A stretch of 64,000 bases of DNA from Macrostomum lignano. Taxonomy: Eukaryota. Position numbers and translations under genes: made by a program. This document shows, one piece after another, positions 47,901 to 59,493 of this stretch. How positions within the stretch are numbered: position 1 is the stretch's first letter; each line of letters starts with the position of its first letter. Under the pieces are notes generated by a model. The model saw only the letters and a program-made list of their open reading frames with translations, was not told the origin of the DNA and did no database searches. The stretch covers positions 62,001 through 126,000 of the forward strand of contig NIVC01000930.1 of NCBI GenBank assembly GCA_002269645.1, given 5' to 3'.

Positions 47901-50900
47901 AAATGGCAGATGGAATGCCAGGTGGAATGGCAAAGGAAATGGCAGGGGGAATTTCATATGGAATGGCAGATAGAATGGTAAAGGAAATGGCAGGGGGAAT
48001 TTCATATGGAATGCCAGATGGAATGGCAAAGGAAATGGCAGGGGGAATTTCAGATGGAATGCCAGATGGAATGGCAAAGGAAATGGCAGGGGGAATGGCA
48101 AAGAAAATGGCAGATGGAATGGCAGATGGAATGGGAGATGGAATGGCAAAGGAAATGGCAGATGGAATGGCAAAGAAAATGGCAGATGGAATGGCAGATG
48201 GAATGACAAAGGAAATGGCAGGGGAATTTTAGATGGAATTTTAGATGGAATGGCAAAGAAAATGGCAGATGGAATGGCAAAGAAAATGGCAGATGGAATG
48301 GCAAAGGAAATGGCAGGGGGAATTTCATATGGAATGGCAGATGGAATGGCAAAGGAAATGGCAGGGGGAATTTCAGATGGAATGCCAGATGGAATGGCAA
48401 AGGAAATGGCAGGGGGAATTTCAGATGGAATGGCAGATGTAATGGCAAAGGAAATGGCAGGGGGAATTTCAGATGGAATGCCAGATGGAATGGCAAAGGA
48501 AATGGCAGGGGGAATTTCAGATGGAATGCCAGATGGAATGGCAAAGGAAATGGCAGGGGGAATGGCAAAGAAAATGGCAGATGGAATGCCAGGTGGAATA
48601 GCAAAGGAAATGGCAGGGGAAATGGCAAAGAAAATGGCAGATGGAATGCCAGGTGGAATGGCAAAGGAAATGGCAGGGGGAATTTCATATGGAATGGCAG
48701 ATAGAATGGTAAAGGAAATGGCAGGGGGAATTTCAGATGGAATGCCAGATGGAATGGCAAAGAAAATGGCAGGGGGAATTTCAGATGGAATGCCAGATGG
48801 AATGGCAAAGGAAATGGCAGGGGGAATTTCAGATGGAATGGCAGATGTAATGGCAAAGGAAATGGCAGGGGGAATTTCAGATGGAATGCCAGATGGAATG
48901 GCAAAGGAAATGGCAGGGGGAATGGCGAAGAAAATGGCAGATGGAATGCCAGGTGGAATAGCAAAGGAAATGGCAGGGGAAATGGCAAAGAAAATGGCAG
49001 ATGGAATGCCAGGTGGAATGGCAAAGGAAATGGCAGGGGGAATTTCATATGGAATGGCAGATAGAATGGTAAAGGAAATGGCAGGGGGAATTTCAGATGG
49101 AATGCCAGATGGAATGGCAAAGGAAATGGCAGGGGGAATTTCAGATGGAATGCCAGATGGAATGGCAAAGGAAATGGCAGGGGGAATGGCAAAGAAAATG
49201 GCAGATGGAATGGCAGATGGAATGGGAGATGGAATGGCAAAGGAAATGGCAGATGGAATGGCAAAGAAAATGGCAGATGGAATGGCAGATGGAATGACAA
49301 AGGAAATGGCAGGGGAATTTTAGATGGAATTTTAGATGGAATGGCAAAGAAAATGGCAGATGGAATGGCAAAGAAAATGGCAGATGGAATGGCAAAGGAA
49401 ATGGCAGGGGGAATTTCATATGGAATGGCAGATGGAATGGCAAAGGAAATGGCAGGGGGAATTTCAGATGGAATGCCAGATGGAATGGCAAAGGAAATGG
49501 CAGGGGGAATTTCAGATGGAATGCCAGATGGAATGGCAAAGGAAATGGCAGGGGGAATGGCGAAGAAAATGGCAGATGGAATGCCAGGTGGAATAGCAAA
49601 GGAAATGGCAGGGGAAATGGCAAAGAAAATGGCAGATGGAATGCCAGGTGGAATGGCAAAGGAAATGGCAGGGGGAATTTCAGATGGAATGGCAGATGGA
49701 ATGGCAAAGGAAATGGCAGATGGAATGGCAGATGGAATAGCAAAGAAAATGGCAGGGGGAATTTCAGATGGAATGGCAAAGGAAATTGCAGATGGAATGG
49801 CAAAGGGAATGGCAGATAGAATGGCAAAGGAAATGGCAGATGGAATGGCAAAGGGAATGGCAGATAGAATGGCAAAGGAAATGGCAGATGGAATGGCAGA
49901 TAGAATGGCAAAGGAAATGGCAGATGGAATGGCAGATAGAATGGCAAAGGAAATGGCAGGGGGAATTTCAGATGGAATGCCAGATGGAATGGCAAAGGAA
50001 ATGGCAGGGGGAATGGCGAAGAAAATGGCAGATGGAATGCCAGGTGGAATAGCAAAGGAAATGGCAGGGGAAATGGCAAAGAAAATGGCAGATGGAATGC
50101 CAGGTGGAATGGCAAAGGAAATGGCAGGGGGAATTTCAGATGGAATGGCAGATGGAATGGCAAAGGAAATGGCAGATGGAATGGCAGATGGAATAGCAAA
50201 GAAAATGGCAGGGGGAATTTCAGATGGAATGGCAAAGGAAATTGCAGATGGAATGGCAAAGGGAATGGCAGATAGAATGGCAAAGGAAATGGCAGATGGA
50301 ATGGCAAAGGGAATGGCAGATAGAATGGCAAAGGAAATGGCAGATGGAATGGCAGATAGAATGGCAAAGGAAATGGCAGATGGAATGGCAGATAGAATGG
50401 CAAAGGAAATGGCAGATGGAATGCCAGATAGAATGGCAAAGGAAATGGCAGATGGAATGGCAGATAGAATGGCAAAGGAAATGGCAGATAGAATAGCAAA
50501 GGAAATGGCAGTTGAAATGGCACACAGAAATCAAATGCCAACCTATTAAGCAGGTTGTCCCTCGGCACCCGGATAGAGTCGAAGGACAGCTTGGCATTGT
50601 CCACCCCGTTCAGGCCCATCCTGACTCCCATATCGTGAATGTGAACGCCCGGCATCGGTTGAAGGTCATCGTCTCGAATCCTAGCCAGAATGCCGTGCAC
50701 TCCGCACTGCTGGCCGTTGACGCGCAGCTGGGCGAACACAACGCAGTGCTTGGCGTGCAGAGCACCATTGGTGATCCAGTACTTCTGCGACAGCGGAGTC
50801 GGGCTGTTGATAACGAATTCACCAGCCTTGGCATCGTACTCGGCCGTGGTCTCCATCTCCACGGCGTTGTTGCCGTAGCCCAGCTCCGTCAGGCCGAAGC

Positions 50901-51184
50901 AGCCGACGTCGTCAAGAGTGTCAATGCCGGCTAGCAGGCGGCTGTGATGCCGCTCGGTGCCCAGCTTCAGCACTGTGCCGCCGAACAGGTTGAACTGGAC
51001 CTGCGGGCGGTCGGGCGGGGCAGGGCGGCGGATGTAACTAACAGACAGGAAGACAGACAGACAGACAGACAGACAGATAGACAGGCAGACAGACAGACAG
51101 ACAGATAGACAGGCAGACAGACAGACAGACAGACACACAGACAGACAGACACACAGACAGACAGACGGAGAGACACACAGACAC

Positions 51185-51243
<59 letters not shown>

Positions 51244-51256
51244 CACAGACAGACAC

Positions 51257-51302
<46 letters not shown>

Positions 51303-51320
51303 GGAGAGACACACAGACAC

Positions 51321-51375
<55 letters not shown>

Positions 51376-51388
51376 CAAAGACAGACAC

Positions 51389-51435
<47 letters not shown>

Positions 51436-51437
51436 GG

Positions 51438-51474
<37 letters not shown>

Positions 51475-51534
51475 GGACAGACACACAGACAGACAGACAG
51501 GCAGACAGACAGACAGACAGACAGACAGACAGGC

Positions 51535-51567
<33 letters not shown>

Positions 51568-51975
51568 CTAAGACAGACAGACAGACAGACGGATACACAG
51601 AGCACCAACCGTCATCTTGGTGGACATGGCCGGATCGGTGATGGCTGACAGCTCGTGGGCGGCAAAGATCCTGTAGGGATTATTCTGAAAGTCCAGCACG
51701 GAGATGAACCCGGCCTGGCAGACTTTCTTCAGCCGCTGGTAGGACAGCTCGCGGTCCTCCTCCAGGCTGACATTGTAGCGCGGCTGGAACAGCGGGTCCG
51801 CCGCCATGAAGGCCTTCATCTGGTCGCGCATCTCGTGATTGTCGTGGTCCAGAATTCGCTTCAGCTCGGCGGCGGCCGCGGCCGGAGCGTCGGCTCCGGA
51901 GGCGACACCCCGACAGTGATGATGAGGCAATTGCAGGAGGCTGCGACTGATCCGATTGCTGAGTAGCCGATGCAT
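44958..51975 (-). CDS. Acyl-CoA oxidase, 632 aa
   Basis: Exons 51975-51610, 51000-50543, 46931-46485, 45585-44958 (1899 nt, phases match). Motifs [55 protein letters not shown]. Subfamily not assigned. Confidence 0.93.
45660..46310. repeat. 26-bp minisatellites in ACOX intron 3
   Basis: CACGGATTTCCGGCTACGGGATTCCT grading to CACCTATTTCCGACTATGGGATTCCC. Confidence 0.92.
46990..50515. repeat. ATGGCAGATGGA-derived satellite filling ACOX intron 2
   Basis: 12-bp-based units with block duplications of 1091 bp (48205/49296) and 456 bp (49786/50242). Confidence 0.97.
51040..51600. repeat. (GACA)n filling ACOX intron 1
   Basis: Direct reading. Confidence 0.98.
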
Positions 51976-52059
51976 TGCTGCTTGATGCCGGCTTTTTTAA
52001 AGCTGAGGAACATTTAGACAAGCGGACAGTAGGGGAGAAATATCCTTAGCGTGTCAGGA

Positions 52060-52640
52060 TCTGGGATGCAGGCCCAGCAACTGAGGATCCGAGAGGCTGG
52101 CCCAGCAGCTGGGGATCCGAGAGGCTGGCCCAGCAGCTGGGGATCTGAGAGGCTGGTCCAGCAACTGAGGATCTGAGAGGCTGGCCCAGCAACTGAGGAT
52201 CTGAGAGGCTGGCCCAGCAACTGGGGATCTGGGAGGCTGGTGGCCCAGCAACTGAGGATCTGGGAGGCTGGCCCAGCAACTGGGGATCCGAGAGGCTGGC
52301 CCAGCAGCTGGGGATCTGAGAGGCTGGTCCAGCAACTGAGGATCTGGGAGGCTGGTCCAGCAACTGAGGATCTGGGAGGCTGGTGGCCCAGCAACTGAGG
52401 ATCTGGGAGGCTGGCCCAGCAACTGAGGATCTGGGAGGCTGGTGGCCCAGCAACTGAGGATCTGGGAGGCTGGCCCAGCAACTGAGGATCTGGGAGGCTG
52501 GTGGCCCAGAAACTGAGGATCTAGGAGGCTGGCCTAGCAACTGAGGATCTGGGAGGCTGGCCCAGCAACTGAGGATCTGGGAGGCTGGCTCAGCAGCTGG
52601 GGATCTTGGAGGCTGGCTCAGCAACTGAGGATCTGGGAGG
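52060..52640. repeat. 28-bp minisatellite upstream of ACOX
   Basis: GATCTGGGAGGCTGGCCCAGCAACTGAG. Confidence 0.95.
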
Positions 52641-53031
52641 GCATGCTATAATATTTCCGGTTTTACAATAATAAATATTTGAAATTATTTCACAACGATG
52701 ACAAATAATCGCTTTGGAAAAATCGATAAAAGAATAAATCATGTATTTAAAGTGAATGAATACCGTAGAGAAAGCAAAAATATTGGCAAACGTCTGAATA
52801 ATATAACAATAAATTTTATCAAAAAAACCAAATCTTAGGTCGAATGAATTAGAAGTTTTTTCGAAAATTGTTTTTATTAAAAACCAAGAGAAAAAAATTA
52901 CAAAATCAGACAGATATCAAAGAATAATTTAGATATACGCGCAAACTATGCTACTGATTTTATTAAGTCAGTAGACAAAATAGGACATAACAACCGATAG
53001 TTAATTGTTTAGAATGGAAAAACTGGATCGC

Positions 53032-56000
53032 TCACTCCACTCTGCTGTTGGCCTGCTGCTTCGCCCACTGCATTCTCCGCCCGGCCGAGTCACATCCGGA
53101 CACGGACGAGCCGTTGCCATTGTTTCCTAGCAATCGGAGTCTGGCCGCCTCATCTTCGGCCTTATGCAACGGATCGAGCATTTGAAGCCGAGTAAGGAGG
53201 CTGGATAGCTGCATCGGGGCCTGGCTTGAGTGAACCTGGATCCAGGGGGGTGCGTTTAGGAAAGCAAACTGAAACTGATCTCGCCAATACTGAAAATGTG
53301 GCAGCCTTTCCGTCTCTCACTTCACATTCTTACCCTGGTTCCTTCCCTCTTTTTCCTCTTCCGCTTTACCCCCCACTTCCGCTCTCTACCCCTCACTTCC
53401 GCTCTCTACCCCCCACTTCCGCTCTCTACCCCTCACTTCCGCTCTCCACCCCTCACTTCCGCTCTCTAACCCTCGCTTCCACTCTCTACTCCTCACTTCC
53501 GCTCTCTACTCCTCACTTCCGCTCTCTAACCCTCGCTTCCGCTCTAGACCCCTCACTTCGACCCCTCAATTCCACTCTCTACCCCTCACTTCCGCTCTCT
53601 ACCCCTCAATTCCGCTCTTTACCCCTTACTTCCGCTCTCTACTCCTCACTTCCGCTCTCTAACCCTCAGTTCCGCTCTCAAACCCTCACTCCCGCTCTCT
53701 ACCCCTCACTTTCGCTCTCTACCCCTCACTTCCATTCTCTACTCCTCACTTTCGCTCTCTACCCCTCACTTCCGCTCTCTACCCCTCACTTCCATTCTCT
53801 ACCCCTCACTTCCATTCTCTACTCCTCACTTCCGCTCTCTACTCCTCACTTCCGCTCTCTACCCCTCAATTCCGCTCTCTACTCCTCAATTCCGCTCTCT
53901 ACCCCTTACTTCCGCTCTCTACCCCTCACTTCCGCTCTCTACCCCTCACTTCCGCTCTCTACCCCTCAATTCCGCTCTCTACCCCTCACTTCCGCTCTCT
54001 ACCCCTCACTTCCGCTCTCTACCCCTCACTTCCGCTCTCTACCCCTCAATTCCGCTCTCTACCCCTCACTTCCGCTCTCTACCCCTCACTTCCATTCTCT
54101 ACTCCTCACTTCCGTTCTCGACCCCTTACTTCCGCTCTCTACTCCTCAATTCCGCTCTCTAACCCTCAGTTCCGCTCTCTAACCCTCACTCCCGCTCTCT
54201 ACTCCGAATTTACTCTTCCCTTCCCTACCCTCTCATCCTCTCTCTACCTCTCATCCTCCTTTCTGCCCTTTCTCCTCTTTCCTCTTGTTTCCTCTTTGCT
54301 CATCTTCCTTGCTATTTCCAGCATGCCTACCTTAGCCCATCTTCTCCTGGGCTCCAAATCTCCAAACTGTCGATAATTAGCCAATGTCTCGGCAACCTCG
54401 GCGTCTAGAGAGTTGCCACCAATAGCCGTGAGATTTCTCAGCTCGGCGTGGCAGACAACCAGCAGCCAGAGAGGCGAGCTGGCCAACAGGCCCGCACTGC
54501 GGCTGCCGACAATCACTGGCACAAGGCAGCGCAGTTGAGTCAGACGAGAATTGCACTGCCGTTCAATCAGGCAGCGGCATAGATGGGCAACCCATTCGTT
54601 TCGATCGAATATGGCCACCGGCTCGTCTACGGGATAGTCAGAGCCTGCCAGAGACACGCGTGAGCATTTGTATTGATGAATGCTGTGCCTACCAGTCTTA
54701 TTGAATGTGTCTACCAATCGGAATTCGTGTCTGCAAGTATTTATATTGTTCTGACTGTTTTCTCACTCTCTTCGAAACAGAGCAGAGCACCTTGCCAGTT
54801 CTTTTTGAGTGTCTGCTATAGTCTTGTTGAGCATCTCTTACATACATGCGCAACACCCGGCCGACCCGAGAAAATACAGACGTAGTACTAATTAGATGAC
54901 GAGGCATTTAGCCTTAATAAGACAGTTATAGTTACTCCTGTCATTTACCCAAAATTGCGTTAATTTTTGCTTTAGGATTCCTTTCACAGGTAAGTCGCAT
55001 TTTTGGTCAAAAAGTAAGTCGCGCAGCCAGTGTAAATCAGGGGGGGGGCGTTGCTCATGTATGATCTCTCAGTCAGTTTCTGAGTATCTGCAAGTCTTAC
55101 TAACCTTACTTGCCAGCCCTATTAAGTGTCCATTAGAATTACTAATTTATCTTTAATTGTCTGTCAGTCTTAAGAAACCAAGCCGAAACTATTTTGTTCT
55201 ATAGCAACTCTTCATCGAGACCCTCTTTGTCACTGTTCCCCATTTACCCAATTCATAAGCTTTTGACAGTTTCTACCGTACCCAAGCTCCCGGCTCTAAC
55301 CTTACCGAACTCTAAGTCATTTCTGTTTGCTCTTGTATTCTATTTGCATCTTAAAATTCTACATGCAAATCGTCCCAAAGTGCTCCGTTCCAAAACAGCG
55401 TGCTAGATTGTGTTAACTGAATTTTTTGCCGTCAAACTTCGTCCAAGAAATCTAGCTACTAGTCCAAGAAAGTTCTAGACATCCATGGCTCGGTTTAGCG
55501 GGTATGGTCGTCCCTCTATGCCCCGGTCCTTGCGCTGAGCTCCCTCATCTACTTAGTAACGACCCTCTCTAATTGGTCTGCCAACATACCACCCCTCTCA
55601 ATGCACCTCTTAACATTTCAGCCTGTTTTCTACATTGAAAAATGTCGTTTCAACACTTTCAACACAAATTAGGAATGTTGTTTCACAGGTTGGATTGGCC
55701 GCCTTAGTTAAGGAGTCCCTCACAAGTCTCACAGCCAGTCAAGCGACTCTACAACTTAGCCAAAGCTTTCACTATTTGGCTACAACAATTGGCCATGCGA
55801 CCTCCTATGCCGAATTGCTCAATCCTCTGGGACCGCCGCCCACTCCGCAGCCACCAGACCGCTTTGTGAACTATAGGAGACAAATGCTTGTGCCCGGCCA
55901 GGACCAGCCGCGTCCACGACGGCTCATCTTGCCCATGAACTACGCATCGACAAGCACATACATCCAGTCTGCCAGTCATTCTGAGAAGTGGCATCAACTG

Positions 56001-59000
56001 CTCAGCTACGATCACAACTACAACCCCTGAGTCTGAGGAACTCAGCAACGGGAGCTTGCTTTATTTCAGATACAACATAACGGGTGTCCCAAAAAGGTCG
56101 AAAAAGGTTTAATCCAATACTGAAAAAACTGTCTGCTCCTGTTTCCTAGCAACTGATAGTTGCTACATGACTGATAGTCAACATTTAGGAGTTTTGTTCA
56201 CTGCAGTTCTTATTTCGATTGGTGCTAGGCTATGGGTTAATGGGTTAATGCCACAGACCAGAGAATGCAGCGAGCAGTGAGAGAGTGACAGAGCAGTAGC
56301 AGCATCAGCAGCAGTTGCCTCGTGAAGCATTCACCCAGTCTTACGATGGCGATTTCAGCCAGTTCTGAATGCTGTTGCTCATGAACAGAAGCACCAATCG
56401 AAATAAGAACTGCAGGAAACAAAACTCCTGAGTGTTGACTATCAGGAGCTAGGAAACAGGAGCAGAGAGTTTTGTACAGTATTGAATTAAAATTCGGCCT
56501 TTTTTGGGGCACCCGATATACAACTGGCGAAGAATAAAGCCAGTAAGTCGATTATATAATTGTACATGTAGTTCGAATTGAAGTGTTTACTATGCAGGAC
56601 AATTAGTCTATGGGCCAGGTCGCGAAATAGCACTATACTGGTAAGTAAAAGAAAGTACTTTATCACTTTAGCTTAGCCATTCGCGCACTCCCTCTGCTGC
56701 TGTAAATTATCTATTAGGGCTCAAGCAAGGAGAAATCATGACGTCCGTTGCGTACCACAGCCTCAACTACACAATCGACAAGGTTGCCAAGTGGATGGCC
56801 GCCTCCGACTCGCAGGTGTGCCTATTTGCAGACGACACTTCCGTTTCCACTCTGTCATCGCCGTCCATGACAACAAACACAACCGTCGAACAGGGCCGTC
56901 AGATGCTAATAGACCGGCTAAAATTTGACGCAGTGACTCGCATGAAGTCGCTGCTACGGAGCACAACTAATCAAGAGAATAATCACAACGAGTTCAAGAA
57001 AAAATACAGCGACAGGCGCGCCGCCGCCGTAGAAGCGTGCTCTGACGACTCGCTGAACTGCAACCAGAACAACCGAGGCCGCGGCACTGAGGCAGAGCAC
57101 CGGCGCAAGACGCACACGGACAGTCGGCACAGGCGCCAGTCGCAACCGTCCAACAGTCACTCGGTTGTCAAGCAGCGCCAGGACAGCGGCGACGGTAGCG
57201 GCGAGTTTAAAGAGGACAAGTACCTTGAGAGAATAATCGAACGGGCCACTCAAGAGATTCGGTCCGCAATTTACAAGCTCAGCGCCGAGAACAAGCTGCC
57301 AGAGAAGTGTCACCTGAAGATGAAGCTGTCAATCAAACCGCAGCAGACAGTCGGCGAGGTAAACAGCCCAATAGAGGAGACCGGACGACATCAAGGCGGC
57401 GGCCAGCCGGACAGTCGAGGCCACAGGGTCTCGAACTCTGGACGTCATCACAGGACATCGCAGAAAGACGACAGCGGCAGGCCACACCGGGAGAAGCGAG
57501 CTGCCTCGACGTCAAACAAGCGCGACCATCGAGAACAGAGGAAGGACAAACGGAAGCATTGAGTAGAAGGACCTTGTGGAGCTTTTATTAAACTACTACC
57601 TTTGCATTGCTTTCATTCTTTGACACTAAAGCTATCTAAGCTATATAGCATTTTAATTGCTAAGCGCTACTTTACATTGAAGATCGGAACTTGGACGGAC
57701 GCCAGAGATACGTGCCGCAACAAACTGTTGTCAGTCGGCAACATGTCAATGGTAGCCTCTTTTTAGTAACGCCATTTCGCAGCATGGTAACAAAGCTGAG
57801 AACAGTTTTTAGTTAAATTGGTTATTTAGTTAATAAATACACAATATTATATTAAAAGTGTCTTTTTGTTACAATTGACCAATGACGAATAGCATAAATG
57901 AAAAATCAATGCATTAAGATTGGTCGTTATGTGAGTAGACTAAAATCCATCGTGCCGCTTCCCCTCAAGGCTGGTGTCGTCTATCAGTTCCGTTGCTGGT
58001 CAGAGTATTTCCTACTTGTGTGTTGCGAGAACGAACAAATATGCAGCCGTATGCGTTTTACTTTTATGGCCGTATTGCCTTGAAAAGCCAGATTGCCCAG
58101 ACTTGGGATATGGCATGCAGAAAGGCGACGCCAGCTCAGTTAGTCTATCACAACCGAAACTGTGGTAGCTCAGTCTAGGGTACCCGATGAAAACGGTACC
58201 CAGGCCAAGAAGCGTCCCGGAGTCACTAGCGTCGCCTCAGAGTCGTTTCAGACGCGTTGTAGATGACACAAGCAAATAGGAAAGAAGTGCTTCTAAATGA
58301 CTCTAAAACGACGACATGTCTCGGTACAAGTCGCCAAAAAGTCCTCAGAGTCGCGCGACTCTAGTGACCCTGGGGCGACCGTATAACGACCCTAAGGCCG
58401 TAGAGTCCTATTTGATGCGTTCCAGAGTCGCATTAGAGTCGCTTGATCAAGCAGAGTCACATTTCCGGCGTTTCAGCGGCTTTCTGCAGTCGCTAAAAAG
58501 TGGCAGAAGAAGCGCTTTAGCGTCACTGTAGAATCGTTAGTGCATTACTTCTGAGGCGTTTTGGACGCGTTACAGTCTAATACCGGCCTTAAAAAGACTG
58601 CTGGAAATGCATGCGCATCGACTCAGAAGTGATGCACTAACGATTCTATAGCGACGCTAAAAGAGCTTCTTCTGCGACTTTTTGGCGATTTGTCTCGTGA
58701 CATGTCGTCATTTTAGAGTCGTTTTAAAATCACTTCGCAAGGGGCGACGCAAGTGCTCACGTGGGGATTGTTGAGATGTCAAGGCTCACGTAGGGGGGGG
58801 GGGGATAGCTGAGATGTTAGGGCTTACGGGGGAATTCGCCGAGATGTCAATTCTTGCAAGGGTAATTGCTGAGGTTTTTGAAAGGAGAAGCTACATGTAG
58901 TTTATTCAAAAAATTTATTCAATTTATTGTTGGCTCCCCAACGGGGGGCGCTGATTGCCAGTATGGAAACTCGCATTTCAGAGAAGTGCTTCCCGGAAGC

Positions 59001-59362
59001 CAAGCCTCGGGAAAAGGTGAGTTAGAGAAAATAATTAAATATTGGGGTCCAGGGTCCAAGCAAGCCATCAATGAATTAATAAGTGTCTAGCCCGTCCTAT
59101 TGAAAACATTGAAAGTTCAACTGACATGTGCGAATATCTGTGCAAACCAACCTTGCCCTCCACTCAGAAAATTAGAAAACCTTGCCTGTCCGTCTGTCCT
59201 CTGTCGGTCTGTCTGTTTGTCTGTCTCAGTGTCTGTCTACTGTCTGTCTGTCTGTCCTTCTGTCTTTCGGTTTGTCTGTCGCTCTGTCTGCCTGTCCTTC
59301 TGTCTGTCTGTCTGTCTGTCCTTCTGTCTGTCTGTCTGCCTGTCCTTCTGTCTGCCTGTCCT

Positions 59363-59409
<47 letters not shown>

Positions 59410-59434
59410 GCCTGTCCTTCTGTCTGCCTGTCCT

Positions 59435-59493
<59 letters not shown>

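Noticed and set aside
46917-51608. 400-780 aa ORFs ([19 protein letters not shown] repeats)
   Set aside because: Intronic satellite with stop-poor units; the 781 aa ORF just runs through ACOX exon 2 into flanking introns.
55635-56048. Overlapping 131 aa and 99 aa ORFs
   Set aside because: Non-ATG starts, no motif and no convincing splice sites linking them to the myosin-like gene.
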